Source of the DNA: a virus | Taxonomy: Duplodnaviria > Heunggongvirae > Uroviricota > Caudoviricetes | Strand: one strand, 5' to 3' | Virus record (IMG/VR): IMGVR_UViG_2711768016_000011 | DNA length: 4,880 nt | Shown here: one piece after another, positions 1 through 4,880 of the stretch | Position numbering within the stretch: position 1 is the stretch's first letter | Layout of the letters: each line of letters opens with the position of its first letter | The notes under the pieces: model-generated | What the model was told of the DNA's origin: nothing | The model's input: only the letters and a program-made list of their open reading frames with translations | Database searches by the model: none | Translations under genes and position numbers: made by a program

Positions 1-47
1 CTTAAGGAAACAACATGTTGGGTGGAGCGGACAATCCAAATGGCGAA

Positions 48-155
48 TTACCGTCTTATATCACTGGCGCTGACAAAAACAATGATTTTCTGGTGCGTAC
101 CGGGTTGAGAAGCGGTGTAAGTGAACTGCAGTTGCCATGTTTTCATACTTCGCAT
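48..155 (-). CDS. Possible small ORF (35 aa from ATG 155..153, or 32 aa from ATG 146..144) whose core 21 codons equal an internal piece of IS1 InsA ([21 protein letters not shown])
   Basis: Manual translation of the - strand: [35 protein letters not shown], stop TAA at 50..48. No convincing Shine-Dalgarno. Below the size cutoff of the supplied ORF track. Confidence 0.25.
   Translation of the reverse strand: MRSMKTWQLQFTYTASQPGTHQKIIVFVSASDIRR
88..151 (-). mobile_element. 64-bp segment identical (as recalled) to the interior of IS1 (insA linker region), with unrelated sequence on both sides; IS1 remnant or recombination scar
   Basis: Reverse complement of 88-151 reads AAAACATGGCAACTGCAGTTCACTTACACCGCTTCTCAACCCGGTACGCACCAGAAAATCATTG, matching IS1 insA codons for [21 protein letters not shown]. 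Flanks on both sides fall to background-level identity with IS1. Confidence 0.6.
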
Positions 156-165
156 GGCAACATAA

Positions 166-507
166 TTATTTAGACAAACTATCTAATTTTTGCGTCGCTT
201 TTTGTGTTAGGTCGCTGTAACTGATAAACCCTACGTTAGCACCTACAATTAACACTAAGAACACTAAGCTGCATATGGATAGAGTGGCAGATTTATGCTT
301 ATGGAAAACAAAATATGCTACTATTGCACTTAATATGAAGGAAATGAATAGAAATATAGATGTTGATGTTTTTAGATATTTTTCAGGAAATAATGGGTGA
401 GCAATAATGTATACAAGATTAAGTAGTATATAAATTGCTACCGGAATGAAAATCATGCTCCAGTGTGTATCTTTTTTGGGAGGGATTGGCTGCAAATAAT
501 CAGACAC
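166..507 (-). CDS. Hypothetical small integral membrane protein, 113 aa, three predicted transmembrane helices (about residues 18-40, 49-68, 76-96); GTG start as given by the ORF track, alternative ATG at 456
   Basis: ORF track. Three long hydrophobic stretches separated by short charged loops (PEKYLK, HKHK). AT-rich (about 33% G+C by hand count). Co-oriented with, and 82 nt downstream of, ORF 590-967. No family recognised. Confidence 0.55.
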   Translation of the reverse strand: MSDYLQPIPPKKDTHWSMIFIPVAIYILLNLVYIIAHPLFPEKYLKTSTSIFLFISFILSAIVAYFVFHKHKSATLSICSLVFLVLIVGANVGFISYSDLTQKATQKLDSLSK

Positions 508-589
508 CGTTTTTCCATCAGTTTCAAGAAGAATTACTAGATCTCTTACTTCACCACTGACTTGAGTGCATCCTTAGTAGTAATGTTAA

Positions 590-967
590 TCATTTTTTCC
601 CTCCAAATACGATGCCCTCTACGTCTTTGGAAGCTTTTTGTGATGACCACTCCTCTGAATCAGGTGATTTAATTAAAAATATTGTATCTCCATCAAAAAT
701 CGTATTTGTTCCGTAAAAATTCACATTTGATAGATCACCACCAAAAACCCTCTGCCCACTCGAGGTAATTGCCTCACCTAATTTAGTAAAATTACCAGCA
801 ATAGATGATTTTCTTTTTCCACTTCTATTCAAAGTGGCTTTAATTACACCACCACCATCCTTAGAGTTAAATAATTGAATGTCCACTCCAGCAGTTGGTT
901 GTATATATTTTGAAAGCTCTTTCTTGAACTTGTTAATATATTTATCTTTGTTTTCTTTGTTGGTCAT
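590..967 (-). CDS. Hypothetical soluble protein, 125 aa, Lys/Gly/Ser-rich, no Cys or His, no signal peptide or TM segment; first gene of the AT-rich two-gene cassette
   Basis: ORF track, ATG at 967..965, stop TGA at 592..590. AT-rich (about 34% G+C by hand count over 601-960). No motif I can assign to a known family. Confidence 0.55.
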   Translation of the reverse strand: MTNKENKDKYINKFKKELSKYIQPTAGVDIQLFNSKDGGGVIKATLNRSGKRKSSIAGNFTKLGEAITSSGQRVFGGDLSNVNFYGTNTIFDGDTIFLIKSPDSEEWSSQKASKDVEGIVFGGKK

Positions 968-1054
968 TGGTTAGATCCATAGTTCTGGCTGTGATTAGGT
1001 GAAAGTATACAAGGTTTTTAAAGCGAAGATCACTGTTTTGGCTTCAAGATAGTT

Positions 1055-1083
1055 TTGATTTATCGTAATCAATCCGCCATAAT
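1055..1083 (+). promoter_or_regulatory. Candidate sigma70-type promoter upstream of ybcN: TTGATT (1055-1060), 17-nt spacer, CATAAT (1078-1083)
   Basis: Hexamer match and spacing read directly from the sequence. No experimental or comparative support available here. Confidence 0.25.
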
Positions 1084-1120
1084 CCTCTCATCGGAGCCTG
1101 AACAACTCCGGTGACTTCTG

Positions 1121-1144
1121 CGCATTTAAGGGGACTTAAATGCG
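1121..1144. repeat. Perfect 10-bp inverted repeat CGCATTTAAG-GGGA-CTTAAATGCG (hairpin or operator candidate) in the 5' region of ybcN
   Basis: Exact reverse-complement arms with a 4-nt spacer. A second 9-bp inverted repeat lies at 1176-1184 / 1197-1205 (ATGCAGAAA ... TTTCTGCAT), just before the ybcN ribosome-binding site. Confidence 0.5.
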
Positions 1145-1231
1145 ACCACAATCTGAACTCATCACCTTGTCACAGATGCAGAAATGCACCTGCGATTTTC
1201 TGCATTCTGCGGTTTCCGTTAGGGAGGCCGT

Positions 1232-1687
1232 ATGACTCTGCCAGTAGACGGCATCAAACTCCATCGCGGTAACTTCGCGGCCATCGGCCAGCAGATTCAG
1301 CCATTGCTGGATGCCGGGCAATGCTTACGCCTGCAGGTTAAGCCGTGGCGCGAGAAGCGCAGCCTGTCGCAGAACGCGCTCAGCCACATGTGGTACACGG
1401 AGATCAGCGAATATCTCATCGCCCGCGGCAAGACCTTCGCTACGCCTGAGTGGGTCAAAGACGCGATGAAGCACACCTATCTCGGCTACGAAAGCAAAGA
1501 CCGTGTAGATGTCGTGTCCGGCGAGGTCACCACCGTCCAATCCCTCCGCCATACGTCAGAGCTGGAAACCGGCGAGATGTACATCTTCCTGTGCAAAGTC
1601 GAAGCCTGGGCGATGAATATCGGCTGCCACCTGACAATTCCGCAGAGCTGTGAATACCAGCAGCTGCGCGATAAGCAGGAGGCGTAA
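1232..1687 (+). CDS. ybcN: NinB/Orf-family recombination (DNA-binding) protein, 151 aa, YbcN-like
   Basis: ORF track. Shine-Dalgarno AGGGAGG at 1221-1227, ATG 1232. Length and position immediately upstream of ninE-ybcO-rusA match DLP12 ybcN. Stop TAA overlaps the ninE ATG (TAATG). Symbol assigned from synteny and length, not from remembered sequence. Confidence 0.85.
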   Translation: MTLPVDGIKLHRGNFAAIGQQIQPLLDAGQCLRLQVKPWREKRSLSQNALSHMWYTEISEYLIARGKTFATPEWVKDAMKHTYLGYESKDRVDVVSGEVTTVQSLRHTSELETGEMYIFLCKVEAWAMNIGCHLTIPQSCEYQQLRDKQEA

Positions 1688-1857
1688 TGGCTACACCGCT
1701 TATTCGTGTCATGAACGGGCACATCTACAGAGTATCAAATCGTCGTAAGCGTAAGCCTGAGCTGAAGCCATCCGAAATACCAACACTGCTCGGATATACC
1801 GCTAGCCTGGTTGATAAAAAATGGTTGCGACTGGCAGCAAGGAGGAATCATGGCTGA
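1687..1857 (+). CDS. ninE: NinE-family small protein, 56 aa
   Basis: Manual translation: [62 protein letters not shown] at 1677-1682 with a 4-nt spacer. Not in the ORF track (short). 3' end overlaps the ybcO start by 8 nt. Confidence 0.85.
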   Translation: MATPLIRVMNGHIYRVSNRRKRKPELKPSEIPTLLGYTASLVDKKWLRLAARRNHG

Positions 1858-2140
1858 TTTGAGAAAAGCAGCGCGTGGTCGGGAATGCCAGGTAAGAATC
1901 CCTGGCGTATGTAATGGCAATCCTGAAACGTCAGTACTGGCACATATCCGGCTGGCTGGATTGTGCGGTACCGGTATCAAACCGCCAGACCTGATTGCCA
2001 CCATTGCATGTTCTGCCTGTCACGACGAAATCGACCGCCGCACATATTTTGTCGATGCTGAGTATGCAAAAGAATGCGCGCTGGAAGGTATGGCGAGAAC
2101 GCAGGTTATCTGGCTGAAAGAGGGGGTTATTAAGGCGTGA
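1850..2140 (+). CDS. ybcO: DUF1364-family prophage protein (putative nuclease) YbcO, 96 aa
   Basis: ORF track frame 1811-2140, but the start is placed at ATG 1850 ([15 protein letters not shown]...), preceded by GGAGG at 1841-1845. Cys-rich (C-x-V-x-I-P-G-V-C ... C-S-A-C-H) pattern typical of this nin-region family. Confidence 0.9.
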   Translation: MADLRKAARGRECQVRIPGVCNGNPETSVLAHIRLAGLCGTGIKPPDLIATIACSACHDEIDRRTYFVDAEYAKECALEGMARTQVIWLKEGVIKA

Positions 2141-2499
2141 ATACCTACAGCATCACATTACCCTGGCCTCCGAGCAATAACCGCTATTACCGCCATAATC
2201 GCGGGCGCACACACATCAGCGCAGAAGGGCAGGCATACCGCGATAACGTCACCCGAATCATTAAAAACGCAATGCTGGATATCGGCCTGGCTATGCCAGT
2301 GAAAATCCGTATTGAGTGCCACATGCCGGATCGCCGTCGCCGTGACCTGGATAATCTGCAAAAAGCCGCTTTTGACGCACTCACCAAAGCAGGTTTCTGG
2401 CTGGATGATGCTCAGGTCGTTGATTACCGCGTTGTGAAGATGCCTGTTACCAAAGGTGGGAGGCTGGAACTGACCATCACCGAAATGGGGAATGAATGA
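2137..2499 (+). CDS. rusA: Crossover junction endodeoxyribonuclease RusA (Holliday junction resolvase), 120 aa, GTG start
   Basis: ORF track. Protein [26 protein letters not shown]... recognised as RusA. GTG at 2137 overlaps the ybcO stop (GTGA). Confidence 0.95.
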   Translation: MNTYSITLPWPPSNNRYYRHNRGRTHISAEGQAYRDNVTRIIKNAMLDIGLAMPVKIRIECHMPDRRRRDLDNLQKAAFDALTKAGFWLDDAQVVDYRVVKMPVTKGGRLELTITEMGNE

Positions 2500-2636
2500 T
2501 GTTTGAGTTTTATATGGCAGAACTTCTTCGCCACCGCTGGGGGCATCTGCGCTTATATCGTTTCCCCGGTTCTGTTTTGACCGATTACCGAATACTGAAG
2601 AATTACGCCAAAACCCTGACAGGAGCAGGAGTATGA
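2496..2636 (+). CDS. ylcG: Small prophage protein YlcG, 46 aa
   Basis: Manual translation: [46 protein letters not shown], stop TGA 2634-2636. Start overlaps the rusA stop (ATGA). Position and length match DLP12 ylcG. Confidence 0.75.
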   Translation: MMFEFYMAELLRHRWGHLRLYRFPGSVLTDYRILKNYAKTLTGAGV

Positions 2637-2721
2637 AGTCAGAGATAACAATCAACTAATACTGTTTTGTTGATTTTTGCTTGTAATTGGCGTTCTGGTC
2701 TGATTTTTGTGGAGTAAGTTG

Positions 2722-3105
2722 ATGCGTGATATTCAGATGGTTCTTGAGCGTTGGGGAGCGTGGGCGGCTAATAATCATGAAGATGTGACCTGGTCGTCCA
2801 TTGCCGCCGGTTTTAAGGGATTAATTACTTCAAAAGTAAAATCTCGCCCGCAATGTTGTGACGATGACGCGATGATTATTTGCGGGTGCATGGCCCGTCT
2901 GAAAAAGAACAACAGCGATTTGCACGATTTATTAGTAGATTATTATGTAGTCGGTATGACATTCATGTCACTGGCAGGTAAGCATTGCTGCTCTGATGGT
3001 TATATCGGGAAAAGGTTACAGAAGGCTGAGGGCATAATTGAAGGGATGTTAATGGCATTAGATATCCGGTTAGAGATGGATATCGTTGTTAATAACTCTA
3101 ATTAA
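2722..3105 (+). CDS. quuD: Q-family late-gene transcription antiterminator, 127 aa
   Basis: ORF track frame 2707-3105 (TTG). Start preferred at ATG 2722 with GGAG at 2711-2714 and a 7-nt spacer. Protein [22 protein letters not shown]... recognised as DLP12 QuuD-like. Confidence 0.9.
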   Translation: MRDIQMVLERWGAWAANNHEDVTWSSIAAGFKGLITSKVKSRPQCCDDDAMIICGCMARLKKNNSDLHDLLVDYYVVGMTFMSLAGKHCCSDGYIGKRLQKAEGIIEGMLMALDIRLEMDIVVNNSN

Positions 3106-3120
3106 TATGCCAATTGTTTA

Positions 3121-3156
3121 CTAAAAATTATTAAAAATGGGGCGTTGCAACGCCCC
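3121..3156 (-). terminator. Rho-independent terminator reading on the - strand: perfect 18-nt palindrome GGGGCGTTGCAACGCCCC (3139-3156) followed on the - strand by ATTTTTAATAATTTTTAG
   Basis: GC-rich perfect palindrome plus a T-run on the - strand only. On the + strand it is followed by CAAAAATAAA, so it is not a + strand terminator. Confidence 0.6.
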
Positions 3157-3222
3157 CAAAAATAAAGGGTAATATATAACAGAAGGTTTATATAGTTAGA
3201 AGCAAGGTTGTGCTCCTAAAGG

Positions 3223-3278
3223 AAGTGGCTTGAGGGAGCCACTTATATGTTGGGGAGGCAAAGCCTCCCGCAACATAT
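3223..3278. repeat. Two adjacent hairpins just 3' of the nmpC stop: AAGTGGCT-TGAGGG-AGCCACTT (3223-3244) and ATATGTTGGGGAGGC-AAA-GCCTCCCGCAACATAT (3245-3278, 15-bp stem with one bulged G)
   Basis: Reverse-complement arms read directly from the sequence. Followed by CTTTT on the + strand and TTCCTTT on the - strand, so either could be a weak terminator. Confidence 0.45.
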
Positions 3279-3293
3279 CTTTTAGTAATCAAA

Positions 3294-4376
3294 TTAGAAC
3301 TGGTAAACCATACCTACAGCAACGATATCATCGGTAGCAACGCCAGATGCTTTCGTGAAATCGCTCTTATCAATCAGGTTGATTTTGTAATCAACAAAAG
3401 TGGACATATTTTTGTTGAAGTAATAGGTTGCACCTACATCAATATATTCAACCAGGTCCTGATCACCCCACGCACCCAAGTCTTTTCCTTTAGATTGCAG
3501 GTAAGCAACGGACGGACGCAGACCGAAGTCGAACTGATATTGTGCAACTACTTCGAAGTTTTGTGCTTTGTTGGCAATATGGTTATTACCAAAAACAGTC
3601 ATGTTCTGGGTTTCAGAATAGGTGGTAGCCAGATAGATGTTGTTCGCATCATATTTCAGACCAGCTGCCCATACTTCAGCATTTTGACCAGATGCATTCA
3701 GGCTGTTGTTACCGTAGATAACCTGATTATTAGTGCGGTCAGATTTAGCATAGGTTGCACCTACACCGAATCCTTCATACTCATAAGTAGTGGAGAAACC
3801 GAAACCATCACCATTAGCTTCAGTTACGTCAGTGCGGTCATTTTTACCCTGATACTGAGCAGCAAAGTTCAGACCATCAACCAGACCAAAGAAGTCGTTG
3901 TTACGATAAGTTGCAACACCAGTGGTGCGACCAGTCATGAACACATCTGTTTGAGTCCAAGTGTCACCACCGAATTCTGGCAGGACGTCAGTCCACGCAC
4001 CGATGTCGTATGCTACACCGTAGTTACGGCCGTAATCGATGGAGCCGTAGTCACCGAATTTCAGGCCAGCGAAGGCAAGACGGGTTTTATCTTTGGAGGA
4101 ACCTTGAGATTCAGCGCGGTTGCCTTTGAATTCATATTCCCACTGACCGAAACCAGTCAGTTGATCGTTGATTTGGGTTTCACCTTTGAAGCCAAGACGG
4201 GCATAAGTAGTATCACCATCATCTGCATCATTAGAGGAGAAGTAGTGCTTAGCATTAACTTTCCCGTACAGATCCAGCTTGTTACTGTCTTTATTATAAA
4301 TTTCAGCTGCCTGAGCAGACATCGCCATCAGTACTGATGCAGCTACAGCAGAAATTGCCACTGTTAATTTTTTCAT
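3294..4376 (-). CDS. nmpC: Outer membrane porin NmpC (OmpC/OmpF/PhoE family), 360-aa precursor with a 23-aa signal peptide ([23 protein letters not shown]), intact
   Basis: ORF track frame 3294-4436. Start moved to ATG 4376 where the canonical porin signal peptide begins. C-terminal ...VAVGMVYQF with terminal Phe typical of beta-barrel porins. Convergent with quuD, as in DLP12. Confidence 0.93.
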   Translation of the reverse strand: MKKLTVAISAVAASVLMAMSAQAAEIYNKDSNKLDLYGKVNAKHYFSSNDADDGDTTYARLGFKGETQINDQLTGFGQWEYEFKGNRAESQGSSKDKTRLAFAGLKFGDYGSIDYGRNYGVAYDIGAWTDVLPEFGGDTWTQTDVFMTGRTTGVATYRNNDFFGLVDGLNFAAQYQGKNDRTDVTEANGDGFGFSTTYEYEGFGVGATYAKSDRTNNQVIYGNNSLNASGQNAEVWAAGLKYDANNIYLATTYSETQNMTVFGNNHIANKAQNFEVVAQYQFDFGLRPSVAYLQSKGKDLGAWGDQDLVEYIDVGATYYFNKNMSTFVDYKINLIDKSDFTKASGVATDDIVAVGMVYQF

Positions 4377-4655
4377 CGTGAGCCCTTTTTTTGAACTATT
4401 ATTAAAAAATGATGTCATTGCGCGATAAATATTCATCTAATCAATGTGATTATTTCAAGATGTAAGTTTTGGTTTCTCGTTTGATTTGTGAAGTAGATCT
4501 CTATTTTTATCTGAACTTTTTTCTATCGAATCCTATTCATGGCTCTTGACTGAATAAAAATAAATCTATTAGCCAATTTATATTAACGGCTGTTATTTAT
4601 AAGTGCTCTATAATTTGAAGGTTCAATTTAAACCGGCTAAAAATAACACTGGAAA

Positions 4656-4677
4656 TTATTTGTTGGTTATTTGTTGG
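4656..4677. repeat. Perfect tandem direct repeat, 2 x 11 bp (TTATTTGTTGG TTATTTGTTGG)
   Basis: Read directly from the sequence. Lies in the AT-rich region between the nmpC 5' end and the IS1 end. Confidence 0.5.
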
Positions 4678-4766
4678 GATTTGCTTATGTATTTGTAGTG
4701 GTGTTTTCAATACTCGGTAGCATTCTCGCAAATATCATTTAGTGGTTTACGTACGTAAAAAATTGG

Positions 4767-4880
4767 GGTAATGACTCCAACTTATTGATAGTGTTTTATG
4801 TTCAGATAATGCCCGATGACTTTGTCATGCAGCTCCACCGATTTTGAGAACGACAGCGACTTCCGTCCCAGCCGTGCCAG
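4767..4880 (-). mobile_element. IS1 right end (terminal inverted repeat GGTAATGACTCCAACTTATTGAT...) with the element body continuing beyond the window; IS1 is in - strand orientation
   Basis: Reverse complement of 4767-4880 matches the last ~114 nt of IS1 as recalled (...CTGGCACGGCTGGGACGGAAGTCGCTGTCGTTCTCAAAATCGGTGGAGCTGCATGACAAAGTCATCGGGCATTATCTGAACATAAAACACTATCAATAAGTTGGAGTCATTACC). Confidence 0.9.
4782..4880 (-). CDS. insB: IS1 transposase InsB, C-terminal 32 codons plus stop (partial; 5' part outside the window)
   Basis: Minus-strand translation from the window edge gives [32 protein letters not shown], with the stop at 4784..4782. Matches the InsB C-terminus. Confidence 0.85.

Noticed and set aside
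1-108. Possible 3' end of a + strand gene entering from the left edge (frame 1 open to TGA at 106-108)
   Set aside because: No start codon or upstream context is visible within the window and the frame cuts through the IS1-identical block; it cannot be supported without sequence to the left.
131-161. 9-bp inverted repeat GTTGCCATG / CATGGCAAC with a 13-nt loop just 3' of the membrane-protein gene, as a possible cassette terminator
   Set aside because: Large loop, no T-run on the - strand after the stem, and one arm is simply part of the IS1-identical segment; probably coincidental.
1-165. A complete or partial IS1 copy at the left edge
   Set aside because: Only 64 bp (88-151) match IS1. Neither terminal inverted repeat nor adjacent IS1 sequence is present, so this is not an IS1 element.
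1136-2655. Cluster of overlapping ORFs from the track (1136-1321 -, 1325-1552 -, 1450-1653 +, 1486-1722 -, 1527-1724 -, 1735-2004 -, 2158-2655 -, 2187-2387 -)
   Set aside because: All overlap, in other frames or antisense, the recognisable ybcN/ninE/ybcO/rusA/ylcG genes. Their products are Arg/Pro/Cys-rich as expected of off-frame reading of GC-richer coding DNA, and none has a ribosome-binding site.
2707-2721. TTG start at 2707 for quuD and TTG start at 1811 for ybcO, as implied by the ORF track
   Set aside because: In-frame ATGs at 2722 and 1850 have well-spaced Shine-Dalgarno sequences (GGAG, GGAGG) and give the expected protein lengths (127 and 96 aa). The 1811 extension would also run through the ninE coding region.
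3139-3156. The 18-nt palindrome as the + strand terminator of quuD
   Set aside because: On the + strand the stem is followed by CAAAAATAAA rather than a U-run; the T-run is on the - strand, so it is assigned as a - strand terminator.
3495-4337. 280-aa + strand ORF
   Set aside because: Lies entirely antisense within the nmpC porin gene. Its translation is low-complexity with no start context, so it is a shadow ORF of the well-supported - strand porin.
4377-4436. N-terminal extension of the porin ORF ([20 protein letters not shown]...) starting at 4436
   Set aside because: The canonical signal peptide [23 protein letters not shown] begins at the internal ATG (4376). The extension would place 20 polar residues before the signal peptide, which is incompatible with Sec export.

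Overview
The window reads as the nin / late-control segment of a DLP12-like lambdoid prophage from an Escherichia-type host. On the + strand, ybcN (NinB family), ninE, ybcO, rusA, ylcG and quuD form a tightly overlapping gene string (1232-3105), convergent with an intact porin gene nmpC on the - strand (3294-4376). The right edge (4767-4880) is the terminal inverted repeat and insB 3' end of an IS1 copy that runs out of the window. The most interesting part is the left ~1 kb: an AT-rich two-gene cassette on the - strand (166-967) encoding a 125-aa soluble protein and a 113-aa three-helix membrane protein, neither of which I can assign to a family. This is my best candidate for an undescribed accessory module, possibly phage exclusion or abortive infection. 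Separately, 64 bp at 88-151 are identical to the interior of IS1 insA but have unrelated flanks. No tRNA, rRNA or CRISPR array was seen. Protein identities rest on my recall of DLP12/lambda and IS1 sequences plus gene order and length, not on a database search.
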